Shown: positions 12,144 to 25,015 of the stretch, piece by piece
Numbering within the stretch: position 1 is the first letter of the stretch
Layout of the letters: every line of letters starts with the position of its first letter
Assembly (NCBI GenBank): GCA_031835245.2
Contig: JAVKOQ020000018.1
Span: forward strand, 248,001-312,000
Direction of reading: 5' to 3'
Length of the DNA: 64,000 nt
DNA from: Balamuthia mandrillaris
Taxonomy: Eukaryota
The notes under the pieces: model-generated
What the model saw: only the letters and a program-made list of their open reading frames with translations
Told to the model about the DNA's origin: nothing
Database searches by the model: none
Program-made: the position numbers and the translations under genes

Positions 12144-13272
12144 CTAGTTGGTTTTCCAACTGAGATAAAGATCAGCAATTTGCATGTCGAGAACTAGTTG
12201 AAGCTGTTGCTGCGAGTCGAGAGGGACCATCTCCCAGGAGCCATCCGCATGCGGAAAGACGATGCTGAAGGAGGTGCCCTCCTCCAGCTCGAACTTGCGA
12301 TGGATCTGTTGATACAGTCGCGTCAAGGTCATGTCGTCGTTGGGCAAATGCACGATCCGTTTGCCTTCTGGGCTGTGGCAAACAAAACGAACCTCCACCT
12401 GAAAATGAGGCAAGAAATGAGTGGAGAAGGAGCAGCGAAAAAAGAAACAAAGAGTAACATAAGAAAAAGACGTACGTCGCTTTCAGACGAAGCAGCAGCA
12501 GCAGGAGGCAAAGGTTTGTTGACAAGATCGTTCTTCCAGTCATCAAAGGTGGTAATGGCAGGCGCAGTTGTTGAAGTGGAAGACGAAGAAGCAGACAATG
12601 GGCCTCCTTTCTTGATTCTTAGCGTTTCTTGCTGTTCTTTGACGAAGAGATTGTACTGAGAGGAGAGGTACTGGGAGATGATGTTGTCTATCTCTTTCTT
12701 GAGTTCAGCTTTTTGCTCTGCTGTTGCTGTGCTTAAAGTGATTCTCTCCTTTCCGATGTGAGTTATGCTGAAGCAGTGATTGTAGTTTGCTATCTCGCAA
12801 TCTTGAAAGTGTTGTTATTGCATGAAGTTAGTTGTGTTCCATTTAACAAAGCAATGCTAAACAAAAGACAAACCTTCACAAACTGCTTCTTTGAGAGGAA
12901 GGTTCACTTTCAGTCGATAAGCAATCGGACCAGAAGTCTTCTTGGGAGGTAAAGGCTTCGCAAACAAGAACAGGTCGTTAAACAAAAAGTAATGACCTTC
13001 CAGAACCCACTGCCTCGTCTTTCCAAACAGCTGTTTGCTGCTAATTTGCACAATGTCGCCCTCGCTCAACAAACGACGGCCGGGAGCGTCCAACAAACGA
13101 AGGTCCCCTTTCTTTTCCAGTTGAGAGCTCACTTTATGGATTTTGAGGGCCACGTCGAGAGCGCTGCGTTTTTGGTTGATGACGGACACTGTCTCTTGCA
13201 TTTGTTCTAGTGCTTTGCTCAAGTTTTCTTTGTCGGGATGTCCTTCTTCCGTGTACTTGATCATTTCCTGAA

Positions 13273-13323
<51 letters not shown>

Positions 13324-16300
13324 ATACTTGTTGAAATGATGACGATAAGTAAAAGAGCAAAAGGGAAGGAAAGAGTACTTTCAACAATAAAGGGTATTTA
13401 CATATTCGCTGAATGGGCTGTTTGAGAAAGAATGCATAAGAATAATAAAGGGGAAGATAAAGATGAGAGAGAGAGAGAGAGAGAGGAAGAGAAACCTTGA
13501 TCAAGAAGCTTGCTAAGTCCAAACCGCGACATTCAGGCATATGATAGCAATACTAACACAAAGGGAGAACAAATTAGCAGGGTTTAAGATGAGAGAGAGA
13601 GAGAGAGAAGGAGAGAGATGCCAACGTTGACAAAGGACTTGAATTTTTCGTTCTCGTTGGAGAGAGAAGCCAACGTCTTTATCGCAAGCTCTTGGTTGCT
13701 GCAGTACACCGAATACAGTTTCAAGAAAGCCAGCTTCAAACAAAAAAAGAGACATTTTCAGCTTAGGTAGAAAAACCACCGAAAGCTAAAAAGAGCGATA
13801 CCGTATCAAGAATAACTCGACCAACAGTGGTTTGCTCTGGCGGTAGTTCCAGTTGTTTCGAGAGATTGGCAAGCAATTCCTTGTTGACCGTTGCTATCAT
13901 TTCCAAGTTGGAGAATAGATTGTTCAATTCGGTCTTTGATAGAGTTTTACCTTCTCTCAACGGTACCAAAAAGATCTAAAATAACACGTAAGTTTAGAAA
14001 GAGAGAGAGAGAGAGAGAGAGAGAACCTTAATGATAAGATACAAGTCTGCAACATAGTCACCCTCCGTAGTAACCATTTCCTCCAGAACCAGCCGTCTCT
14101 TTTTTACTCTTTTCCTTTCTTCAGGTTCATCCTCTTCCTTCTCTCCAGGAGTAGAAGCGGAAGAAGAAGGGCGAGATATGTTGCGACGAGGCGAAGAAGC
14201 TGCAGAGGAAGAGGCAGAAGATGATGCTGAAGAGGAGGAAAGCCGAAGGCGTGTTGACTCGTTTTCTACTTTCTCCTCCACATTCTCTTGTTCTTTCTTT
14301 TTGGAGAACACAAAAGCAGAATCTAGCTGAGAGAGATCCGCGAGCAAAGGGTTCGAGCCACGATTCGAAGACTCAGAGGTAGGAAGGTCGATACCGGAGG
14401 TCATCGAAGAAGACATTCCTGTATGAGTCCACGAGCTGATGGTGGTGGCAGTTGGGGTTGGCTTGGAGGGGTCCCAAAGAGGCATTCCGTACATCGAATT
14501 GAGAGGATCCTGACGGGCAGCAATCTCTTCGGGGGTTGGATAGATGACTGGTTGAGTGGAAGAAGAGGAGGTAAGAGAGTCGGACTTGTCTTTCTTGCGA
14601 CGACTGGTTTTGGGAGAGAGTTGGAGTAGGTCTTCGGAGGATTTGTTGAGAGTGCCATCTTTCTTTGCAGCTCCGGTTATTTTCTTGAACCATTTACCAC
14701 TAACCCGATGACTCAACGACGTAGAATAAGAAGATGAGGAAGCAGAAGGAGGAGGAGAAGAAGAAGGAGATTCTCTCTCATAAGGAAGTTCTTCTCCATC
14801 CATGGGTTCTGGTTCTGTTGTTGGGCTTTGAACTGAAGGAGGAACAGAAGAAGGAGGAGGATAAGACGCGATGGTAGCGCTACTCAAAGGAGAAGCAGAA
14901 GGAGGAGTTGGAAGCGGTTTCGTTCTAAGTTTAGAAGCGTTATTTGCAGCCGAAGGAACTGAAGGAGGCGTTGGTAACGCTTTGCTACCTCTTCTAGCAG
15001 TACCTCCTCTCTCATCTGCGGAAACCATTCCACCACGCCCACTTGGTCTCATTAAAACGCCGCTGCCTCCTCTTCTTCCTCTATTGGCTGCGGTAGGTAC
15101 AGCACTGCCTCCTCTTGTTGGTGTTGTTGTTGATACATCTCCAACTCGATATGATAACGACGAAGAAGATAAGTTAGCGCGAGATGGAATTGGCGGTGGT
15201 GATTGCGTTACTCCTCCTCTTCCAACCCCTCCTCCTACTCCCCCACCCCCTCTTCGTAATCTTAATCCTCCTCTCGCTGTTGTCGGTGTCGTTGAAACAG
15301 GAGAAGAAGTTATATTGTTATGTTGGGGCGTATTGCGGTTATTGATGGTGGGAGGAGTTGACGGTAATGGTTTGTGAAATAGTCTTTCTCTTTCTTCTCG
15401 CTCTTCTTGCTCTTTTTTTCTCCTTTCCTCTTCCTCTGCCCTTTGTAATGCTGCTAGTCTCTCTTGCTCTTTTCGTTCGAGTTCCTTTTGCTCTTGTTCT
15501 GCTCTCTTTCGTTCCATTTCTTCTTCATGTCTTTTCTGCTTTTCGGCTTTTTCTCTCTCTTTCTCTTCTGCTTTTAGCTTTGCTTTTTCTGCCTTCTCTC
15601 GTTCTTTTTCCTCTTTAGCAACCGCTTTCAGCCGCGCCTTTTCTGCTTTCTGCATCTCTATTTCCTCTTCTGTAAGACCTTCTTTCTGTTTGTTGCCTTT
15701 AAGCAGGTTGATAGGAGAGGATGGTGGATTGAATTCCTTTCGAAGCGTTGCTTTCCATTTGCCCAAAGACACTTTCACTCCTTTATGCTGAATGGTTCAA
15801 AAGAACAACAACAAAAAGTTAAAATGAGAGAGAGAGAGAGTGCGATAAGACAGAATACAGAAAAGACAACCAGAAAAAGAAAGAAAGAAAGAGATATAAG
15901 AGAGAGAGAGAGAGAGAGAGGAGTTGAGAGCGAGAGAGAGAAAGTAAACTAATAAAAACGAAGAGAATAAAACAAGAGAAGGCAAATAAGGTAGAAAGAG
16001 AGAAGATAAGTACTTCAGACGACGATGAAGAAGAAGCGACATCTTGATGGCCAGAGGTAAGAGCAGCAGTGGGGGGAGAGTTTGTCGAACCAGACGAAGC
16101 AAGAGGAGAGGTTGGAGTAGGCGGCAAAGAAGAACCAAAAGAGCCTCGACGCGCTGTTGGCTGTCGCAACGATGGCGAAGAGGTTGAAATTGGACTACTT
16201 CTGTGTAATGCTGTTTTTTTTAAAGTCAGTAATAGAAACATAAACAAAGGAGAGAACAGAAGAAGAGAAAAAAGAAAGACGGGAAACGACAGAAGAAGAA

Positions 16301-16763
16301 TGTGACCAGGTGTTTTCAAAGGCTTGCCACAATGAACACAATACATAAGCGGTCGACCGGCTTGTTGTTCTGGAGTCGGCAGCTTGCCTCCACATTCTGT
16401 ACAAAACCTTTGTGGTTCTTGTTGGTGTTGAGAAGAAGAAGAAGAAGAAGAAGAAGAAGAAGAAGAAGAAGAGGATGAAAAGGAAGAAGCATTGTTGGAG
16501 CTTCCAACGGCTCGAATGGTTTCGGGAGTCAGGCGGGTTGCGGTGGGCAAGGAGGCATGTGAGGTTTTGGAGGAGGTGCGAGGGCGATGGGGGTTGCTAA
16601 ATAGGGTGGTGGTGGCGCCTCGTTGCCTTTCCAAAGGAGAGGATTGGTTGTTGTCTTCGTCGTCGAGAGCACCGCCGGGAGCACCGCCGTCCCAAAAGCT
16701 GCGAAGGTTGTTGATCTTCGTGGTGGCTCTCCTTGGATTGAATTCTCTTCCTCCTCCGTGCAT
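12144..16763 (-). CDS. Dbl-family RhoGEF: zinc ribbon, coiled coil/Pro-rich region, DH, PH and PB1-like C-terminus (multi-exon)
   Basis: DH motifs VLEEMVTTEGDYVADL, LFSNLEMI, LASFLIK-PIQRICKYPLLLK, YTEEGHPDKENLSKALEQM; PH RRLLSEG...YFLFNDLFLFAK; N-terminal FCTECG...YCVHCG. Confidence 0.9.
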
Positions 16764-17125
16764 TTTTTTTTTGGTTGTCGTTTTTTCTATAGTACCAGAG
16801 TTTTTTTTTCTGCTTCTTCAAACAAAGGAAATACAAACAGGTAGGAGAATAAAAAGAGGTTACTGCTTATGCATCTTCTTCGCGTTACAGTTCCTTTGTT
16901 TGCTGTCGTTTAGGTTTCTTCGTTATTAATTGCTATAGTGGTTTATTATATCAACCTAATACCTATACGACGTATGAGGTGTTTGTTGTTGTTTATCGTC
17001 AATATAATATACTATTATTAATCTAACTGATTAAAACTGAATGCCAACAATCTAGTAGTTTCAACTTACCTCTATTATGCATGTAACGCACCCACAAAGA
17101 AAATAATAATTTTGGAGAAGGAACA

Positions 17126-17470
17126 ATGGCCAGCCACAGCCAACAGCCCACCCAACTGACCCTGACGCAACTGCGAATGGACGCCTACATCCAAAAGCTT
17201 TTAAGACTCTTGATGCAAATGCGGACCAAATTTTACCACGAGGCATCCTACCATATGATGCAATACTTGGACTTTGGGAACGCTGAGCTGCTGGAAATGG
17301 CGACGCTCATGGCCACCACCATGGCACAGTTCCTCGCCATCGGGAGCGGCGTCACCCAGAGCAAGCTTCGGAACGGGCGCCACTTTGTCGCTGCCGTTTC
17401 CAGGTTCGTGGCGCAAAACCCACCCGCCAGGCTTCTCCGCTACCAAAGGGTCTCTGAACCAACGGATTGA
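17126..17470 (+). CDS. Stand-alone HRDC-domain protein, divergent copy (114 aa, intronless)
   Basis: Full-length paralogue of 29485..29832 (shared QPTQL, YIQKL, ELLEMAT, NPPARLLRYQ..EPTD). Confidence 0.65.
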   Translation: MASHSQQPTQLTLTQLRMDAYIQKLLRLLMQMRTKFYHEASYHMMQYLDFGNAELLEMATLMATTMAQFLAIGSGVTQSKLRNGRHFVAAVSRFVAQNPPARLLRYQRVSEPTD

Positions 17471-17584
17471 GATTTGTATCTTCTTTCCTCTCTCTTTTTT
17501 CTCTCTCTCTCTTTCGTCGTCGCTATTTGGCCCTTCCGTCTCGTTCTCTTTCTCTCTGTTTGCAAAGGTTCTTAGAGGTATTCC

Positions 17585-18931
17585 TTACATAACGTTTATT
17601 TGATCTTTAGTTGCCGTAGTTTGCTGTAAGAGGTACAGCAAAGCATTTCTGGGCAGCGTTTTACAGTCCATTATAAAGCCATCGATGTTCTTAAGCACGT
17701 ACAAAGCAGTCTCGTTTCGCAACAGACTCAACTCCTCATGTTGAAGAGCAAGCTTTTTTTAAAAAAAAAAATGTTAGTTTAGCAATGTGTAACGCAATAA
17801 CTACCCAAAAGAAACAAAGAGCACATTGAACAAAGTAAGAGAACAATAACAAAGAGAAAGTACGCGAGCAAGAAAGAGAAACATAGAGAGAGAGAGAGTG
17901 AGAGTGAGAGCGAGAGCGGAAGAGTAGAGGAGGTTACGTTTAGGTATTGTATAGCATTTGATGAGTCAAGGCCTTTCAAGCAAGAACGTTGGCACAGCAA
18001 AATAAGTTGAGGAAGGGAAAACAAAATGGAAGCAAAGATAACGTCTGGTCTTTGCATTGTTGTCTCCTCAAGTTGGTCCGTGTAGCAATACTAAGATGTT
18101 AAACAAAGACAAGCAGGAAGTAAGAAGAAGATCAACAACCGATCAACAAATGACATACTGTAAGAATATGCTTTAATGCATCCAAACTGTTGTTAGCGAT
18201 AGAATTGTCAGAAGAAAAAGCAACAACAAGAGACTTCAAAAAAGCGAATGACAAGAAGAAGAAGAAGAAGAAAAAGAAGAAGAAAAAGAAGAAGAAAAAG
18301 AAGAAGAAAAAGAAGAAGAAAAAGAAGAAAAAGAAGAAGAACAAGAACAAGGAGAATACAAACGTTAATTCAGGTTCAAGAGGTGCTAAGGATAGCACTG
18401 GCAAACCGTCCTGGTTGCCAGTTTTCCATTTCTCTTCTTGTTGGAATATTTCTACAAACTTTTTGCTTCTGCAAGCTAACAATCCTCTTTTTTTTTAACA
18501 AACAAACAAACAAACAAACAATAAAGAAACAAGAGGAAGAAAAAGTATAAGGGAATGGAAAAACGCCTCAGAAAACGAAAAATATAAAGAAAGATTTGAT
18601 AAGAAAGCTGTGTATGTCTAACCTATGACAAAACAATTGACCCTCGCTGCAAGAGAGAACCACGTCAGGATAAAAGTTGGAGTTGTTCATCATCTCGCCC
18701 AGCTCTGTGGTGAAGGTGCTTTTCGCAGGTGCTGACAGCCACCACTCCGTTTGCACCGGTGATACCTTGGTTTTTTTTTTTCAAAAAAAAACAAATAAAT
18801 AAAAGTTTTCGCGTTGAGGCAACGAAGAAATAAAATCATAAACTAAAACCTTTGGTTGGTAAACATACCTTGGCGGCATCGGAGAGATGATCGGGAAGCC
18901 GAAAGGGAGAGCTGTAGTTGATCGAGAACAT
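17585..18931 (-). CDS. BTB/POZ (plus BACK-like) domain protein (multi-exon)
   Basis: YPDVVLSCSEGQLFCHR-LLACRSKKF...LDALKHILT-YCYTDQL...FSLPQLILLCQ...LDSSNAIQYLN-LA...; stop TAA at 17585. Confidence 0.8.
18253..18352. repeat. Intronic (AAG)/(AAAAAG) microsatellite
   Basis: Directly visible within a BTB gene intron. Confidence 0.9.
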
Positions 18932-19068
18932 CTTTGTCCCTTTTTTTTGTTTTTTGTTTACAATTTTGTTTTGTCGATTAATTTTTTCGGAGAAAATTTT
19001 GGATTATTTCCGTGACGACGTGATATGATGACTTTATAAAAACAGACTAACAAACATTTGAAAAAAAA

Positions 19069-19755
<687 letters not shown>

Positions 19756-19916
19756 AGAAGCTTCTTGGACCTCAAATCCTGTAGCATTTGTGAACGATAC
19801 ATGAGGGGTCATTTTGTAACGGATACATAAATTTGCGCAGCAGTTGTGTACAAAAACAGCAATAAAAGAGCACGATTGCTGACCACCCAACCCAGCGAAA
19901 TAAAAAGAAAGAAAAG

Positions 19917-20609
19917 ATGCCTCGGCGCAAAGCCAGCCTGGATGCTTCTGCTTCTTCTTCATCACCCTCTGCCTTGGGAGTCTCTTCCTCCTCCTCCGAG
20001 ATCAAAAAGTCACACAAGAAGAAGACGACGACAACCGCGCACAGCCAGTCCCCGGACTCTGTCATCAAATCGAAGAAGATGCCACGAGAGGCAAAGATCT
20101 TGGCGCTCATCCTAAAGTCGATGGGCGTGGACAAGTACGAACCGCTGGTGCTCAACCAATTCCTCGAGTTCATGCACAGGTACGTCTCTGACGTGCTGCA
20201 GGACTCCTTGGTCTACTCGGAGCATGCCAACAAGCGAGAGCTGGACTTGGACGACGTGAGGCTGGCCATCCAGTCCCGAGTGAACAGCTCCTTCACGCAG
20301 CCTCCCCCCAGGGAGTTTCAGGCCGAGTTGGCGCAGTGCAAGAACAGAACGCCGTTGGCGCTTAGTTTGCCGCCTCAGTCCAGCACCTTGAGACCTGCTC
20401 CTACGTTGCTCCCGCGTCAAGCCTATGCCGCAATGGAAGCTGCTCGAGCTGCTGCTTCCTCTTCCTCTTTCACCTCTTCTTTTTCTTCCTTTTCAATCTC
20501 TTCTTCGTCTTCTACTTCTGTTCAGCGGAGCTCATCTTCTTTGTCTTCTTCCTCTTCTTCCTCTTCGTTGCCTATTGTACCAACAACGAGCAGAAGCTCC
20601 ATGGGCTAA
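19917..20609 (+). CDS. TAF9: TFIID subunit 9 (intronless)
   Basis: Histone-fold [41 protein letters not shown]...[21 protein letters not shown]. Confidence 0.95.
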   Translation: MPRRKASLDASASSSSPSALGVSSSSSEIKKSHKKKTTTTAHSQSPDSVIKSKKMPREAKILALILKSMGVDKYEPLVLNQFLEFMHRYVSDVLQDSLVYSEHANKRELDLDDVRLAIQSRVNSSFTQPPPREFQAELAQCKNRTPLALSLPPQSSTLRPAPTLLPRQAYAAMEAARAAASSSSFTSSFSSFSISSSSSTSVQRSSSSLSSSSSSSSLPIVPTTSRSSMG

Positions 20610-20674
20610 AAGAAAGGAAGCAAAGAGAGAACTGTATAGTTTTGGTTTGTGTTATAAATAGAACAACTTTTAGG

Positions 20675-21882
20675 TTACAAAGGAATAGCTGCACCATTTC
20701 GGTCGGTCACCTTCTTAAAGTACTTAGGAGCCAAAGTTCCGTCCACTCCACCGGTAAGGATCACTCCATTGGCAGACTCATGAAACTCGATGCCATCTTT
20801 GAAAGAGAGGGACACCAAATGTTCAATCAAACAATCAAGCATAGAAGAAGAAGAGAGACTATTACCTTTCAAAGCTTGTTCCAGGTCGATGTAGATAAGA
20901 ACGTCACAAGTTGCTCTCATGCCTTGAATAAAAAACTCTCATTAAAACCTTACGCTAAATTTAAAGAGAGGGAGAGGCAGAGGCAGAGGCAGAGGCAGAG
21001 GCAGAGGCAGAGGCAGAGCGAGAGAGATGTACCGCTGATAACGTTCTCAGAGCCTAAGATGCCCTTAGCAAAGTGAATGTGGTTGCGTTGCATACGAGAA
21101 AGGCCGGTGGCTTTGATGGAAGCCCAAGCAGCTCTGTAGGTGCCATGCACCACCGTTGGGTAGTTTGTGTGGTTGTCCAAGGTTATTGGCGTCATGTCCA
21201 CTTTGATGTCCTTCTGTATTGAATTTGTTAATAAGCAGGTTAAGCAGAGAAGCAGAGAAAGAGAAGGAGAAGGAGAAAGAGAAAGAGAAAGAGAAAGAGA
21301 AAGAGAAAGAGAAAGAGAAAGAGAAAGAGAAAGAGAAACGACGAAAGAGAAACGACGAAAGAGAAAGAGAAAGAGAAAGAGAAACGACGAAAGAGAAACG
21401 ACGAAAGAGAAAGAGAAAGAGAAAGAGAAACGACGAAAGAGAAACGACTAAAGAGAGAAAAGAAAGAGTGAGAAAAATAGGAGCAGAAGAGAACCATGGT
21501 GTGTCCTTGGTTGGCGCGAATGTAGAGAACGCCGTCCTCCTCTTTCAACGCAAACCGCTGTTTGTCATTATTCGCTACAATGTACTACCATTTGTTTTAA
21601 AACGAAGAAAAATAAGTGACAAGGCTTCACCTTGTGATTCGGAAACAAAAAACAAAAGTTTAGAGGGATGCCCAATCAAACCTTGACTTCCTCCACGGTA
21701 AGGTTTTCGCGTTTGAGTTGCGGCAAAGGAAGCAGATGGTCCACGGCGATCCAACCATCTTCTTGCATGGGGAGTCCGTGCTTGGCCGCACCGTGCCGCA
21801 AGAAAAACGACAGCGACTTGGAGAGCGCCACCTCTCTTTTCCGCTGCATTTGACCGCCCTCTGGTCTTCTCCTCCCTTGCAT
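20675..21882 (-). CDS. TPT1: tRNA 2'-phosphotransferase (Tpt1/KptA family; multi-exon)
   Basis: LSKSLSFFLRHGA, NDKQRF, IRANQGHT, VHGT, GLSRMQRNHIHF, GMR, SANGVILT. Confidence 0.95.
21243..21475. repeat. Intronic (AGAGAA)n repeat with ACGACGAAAG units
   Basis: Directly visible within a TPT1 intron. Confidence 0.9.
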
Positions 21883-21932
21883 TCTCTTTCTTACGTTTTC
21901 TTTTCTTTTTTCACTGCTTCAGTGAAGAGTTT

Positions 21933-22025
21933 TGGCTGACATCACCAAGGAATGTTAAGTATTTGTCGACGGCTACTACAAAAAATCAAGTGGCTGACAT
22001 CATCAAGGAATGCAAATTATTTGTC
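21933..22025. repeat. Imperfect ~35-bp direct repeat pair upstream of TPT1
   Basis: tggctgacatcaccaaggaatgttaagtatttgtc (21933) versus tggctgacatcatcaaggaatgcaaattatttgtc (21991). Confidence 0.8.
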
Positions 22026-22128
22026 AATTCTCAATTAATATGCATATTATTCCCACAATCAAAATACCAAAAGAAATAGGGGAGCGTTTTTGTACCCCAT
22101 GCGGGGCGGTATTATAGCAGCCTGATGT

Positions 22129-22159
22129 GGATGGCTTATATGCAGCATATAAGCCATCC
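22129..22159. other. Perfect inverted repeat / hairpin (15-bp arms)
   Basis: ggatggcttatatgc-a-gcatataagccatcc. Confidence 0.85.
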
Positions 22160-22411
22160 CGTCTTACAATCGACCATTAATTTGGTTGGCAAAGAGTACT
22201 CATTTCAATCCGGGATGATGGTGGTGAAACCCCCACCTCAGGCTTTTTGTGTGTTTATTATTTTTTTTTTCAACGGACAGGAGGAGTTTCTTGAAGAGAT
22301 AGATGGAAGAAGATGTCTCACCAGCAAAACAGGAAAAAGCAAGACAAGCGTTTTTGTTGTATTATAACTATTATTTCTATTTTAAAAACAATTATTTACA
22401 AAATAAACACA

Positions 22412-24613
22412 TTAACGATAGGGCAAAACTCTTTTCCGCCAGTTCATGTACCACTCCCTTGGTCGCTCCTTCATGCTCTCCGGGATCAGCTGGTCCTTGC
22501 TGTCGTTGAACCTGGTGCGCAAGACCGTTCGCCATATCTCCGCCGAGTGCTCCGAGTAGTTGATGTACCACAGCCAGTCCCTGCTGACGGAGGCGCAGGT
22601 GCCCAGTTGGGAGGGCTTGTCCATTTTGGAGAAGATGAGGCGCCAAAGAGAAGGAGGCAAAGTGTAAGTCGGTTGTTCTGGTTCTTGTAGTGAGGTGGAA
22701 GCAGAGGAGGAAGAAGCGTCGTCGAGTTGTTGAGAGTGCAGAGAAGAAGGTAGAGGATTGCTGTTCTGTTGAGATTGCTGTCGCAGTTGTTGTTGTTGCC
22801 TCTTTCTACGTTTCCTTCGCATCGCGTTTCTCCGCTGTTTGGATGATGTATGCTCTGATTTCTCTTCTTTGTTAGTTTCATCACTCGATGAAGAGCTAGA
22901 AGAAGCCGAAGAAGAAGGAGCTCCTTTTCTCTTCTTGCTATTTTGTTGTAGTTGCTGCTGCAAAAGTTGGGAAAGAGGAGGGAGGGTGCTCAACAGACCC
23001 TTCATATCCGTGGTCGGCACACTGTGCTGCATAGCCTTGATGGCCAGCGCACGGTCGCTGGTGATCAACAACGCCGGTCCTTTCTTCAGATGATAAAAGA
23101 GCGCGCAAGAGAGGATCTCATCATCGTTGTTCCGCTCCACTCCTCCTTTAATGAGGTTCGGCACTGCTTCCTCTGCCATTTGTGCTGTTAGCCATTTCTT
23201 GCTGTCATCTTCGGCGCTAGAAGAAAGAAGAGCAGTGTGAACTGCTTTAATGGCGACTCGAGCTTTGAAGCCAACGTCGTTTTCGTCCCTCTTGAGGCCA
23301 TCCAGCTCGCGAATGACAGCCATCGGCACCACTACTGTTTGTTGGGAGGTCTGCTTGCGGGGTTGAAGGTTGAGGATCTCCTCGAGCTCCGTCAAAAAGA
23401 CGTTGGTGTCCACCACCAAGTACTTGGCCTCTCGGATGGCTTGTTGGTGCCTGTTGATTGGCTGTTGTTGTGTTGGAGTTAAAGAAACATTGTTGTTGTT
23501 GTTAACGAGAAGCTTGTTGTTGTTCTCATCAGAGTCGTTTCCTTGTTGAGAAAGAGGAGGTGGTGAGGGTCTTCTGACAAAAGAAGGGGAGGGGCGGCGA
23601 GGAGGGGAGCGGCGACGGAAGCCAGAATAAGATGGCTTACCCGATCCTGGAGCGACTTCCTCACCCCCGGCTCGTTGCGGCGGCTTCTGTTGCTGTTCTT
23701 CCTTGTGGATCCTTGGTCCTCTTGGCAGAACAGCAGTAGGTCGTGTTCTTCCTCCTCTCAAAAACTCACGCCCCCCTCGTTGGTATGGATGGGGAGTTGG
23801 GAGAGGAAGTAAGGAAGGTTCAGGAGCGGTGTAGGTGGGAGGAGAAGGAAGGAACGGAGGAGAAGACGGAGTTGGCAATAGGCCGTTCCAATGTTGTTGT
23901 TGCTGCTGCTCCTGCTGACGCTGGTGCAACTCAAGCAAAGCGTGGTGTTGTTGCTGTTGCTGCTGTTGTTGAAGTCGCTGTTGTAACTCTCTCGCTACCA
24001 ATTGTTGGAGGTGTTGCACGAGCTGTTCTTGTTGTGGTTGCTGCTGCTGGTGCAGAGAGGGCTCAACTGCGTGTTGCTGTTGCTGGTTCCATCGCTGTTG
24101 TCGAAGGTTGTGAAGGACAAGGTCCCAAACTAGGGCGCAGGCAGGACTGCAGGCCATCAAAAGAGGAGAACGAGCGGCGAGCGGTTGAAGATCGGCCAAC
24201 GCTTGGCGGTCCAGCACGATGCTGCTTTCTCCGTAACAAGGCTTAGAGCAAACCACGCAAACGGGCAGAGAAGGATTGGATTGATTTTGTTGCGACGAAT
24301 CTACAAAAGAAGAGGGTACTTGCGAGGAACCGCCAGCATGAGAAGCTGGAGGAGAGACAAAGAAAGATGGACCAACACCACCACCTTCACTACCTCTCAT
24401 CAAGGAAGGAGGAGAAACCACGCCAGAGAACTGGGGGGTGTCGAACCATTTATTATCAGTTGGATTGTTGTGAGAGCGGTAGGCCTCGCCCTCATGGAAA
24501 GGGAATTTGGAACCCCCAGAGGGGGATGAAGACCCAGAAATAGAAAACAGCTGAGGAGGGGAAAGAGGCGGCATAGAGCCCCATTCCGTGCTTCCAGACC
24601 CAGTAAAAAACAT
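22412..24613 (-). CDS. Swt1-like PIN-domain nuclease with an N-terminal Cys cluster and C-terminal F-box (733 aa, intronless)
   Basis: PIN motifs LVVDTNVFL, VVVPMAVIRELDGLK, NNDDEILSCA, LLITSDRALAIKA; F-box TLPPSLWRLIFSKM...LGTCASVSRDW...IWR; CVVC...CSPAC. Confidence 0.85.
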   Translation of the reverse strand: MFFTGSGSTEWGSMPPLSPPQLFSISGSSSPSGGSKFPFHEGEAYRSHNNPTDNKWFDTPQFSGVVSPPSLMRGSEGGGVGPSFFVSPPASHAGGSSQVPSSFVDSSQQNQSNPSLPVCVVCSKPCYGESSIVLDRQALADLQPLAARSPLLMACSPACALVWDLVLHNLRQQRWNQQQQHAVEPSLHQQQQPQQEQLVQHLQQLVARELQQRLQQQQQQQQHHALLELHQRQQEQQQQQHWNGLLPTPSSPPFLPSPPTYTAPEPSLLPLPTPHPYQRGGREFLRGGRTRPTAVLPRGPRIHKEEQQQKPPQRAGGEEVAPGSGKPSYSGFRRRSPPRRPSPSFVRRPSPPPLSQQGNDSDENNNKLLVNNNNNVSLTPTQQQPINRHQQAIREAKYLVVDTNVFLTELEEILNLQPRKQTSQQTVVVPMAVIRELDGLKRDENDVGFKARVAIKAVHTALLSSSAEDDSKKWLTAQMAEEAVPNLIKGGVERNNDDEILSCALFYHLKKGPALLITSDRALAIKAMQHSVPTTDMKGLLSTLPPLSQLLQQQLQQNSKKRKGAPSSSASSSSSSSDETNKEEKSEHTSSKQRRNAMRRKRRKRQQQQLRQQSQQNSNPLPSSLHSQQLDDASSSSASTSLQEPEQPTYTLPPSLWRLIFSKMDKPSQLGTCASVSRDWLWYINYSEHSAEIWRTVLRTRFNDSKDQLIPESMKERPREWYMNWRKRVLPYR

Positions 24614-25015
24614 TCTAAAAAGAAACCGTCACCCAAAAGAACAGAAAGAGGGGAAAATCAAAACAAAAAAAAAAGAAGAGGAGAGGAGAAAGAAAATCAA
24701 GTTTTTTTTTGGGTGTAGAAAATAGGTGAGTGTGTGCTTGTTTGTTGTGAAAATTTTAGAGAAAATGATTTTCGCCTGAAGGTTCACAAATTTATATCCT
24801 ACTTTAAAAAGGATAAGGTGCCTGAGAAACTTCGAAGAATATTCCAAAAGTCCGCCATTGGCTGTAAACGAGGGGTGTTGCGTCAGCGAACCCCTGTTGA
24901 CGTAAGCACTACCTTGGACACTTTGTGCACGAACGCTGCACCAGGGAAAGCGTCCGTTCGATCCCAGTGGGGCGTTGTTATTTTTTTCCCTGATCAAGAA
25001 AGAGAGCAACTCGCT

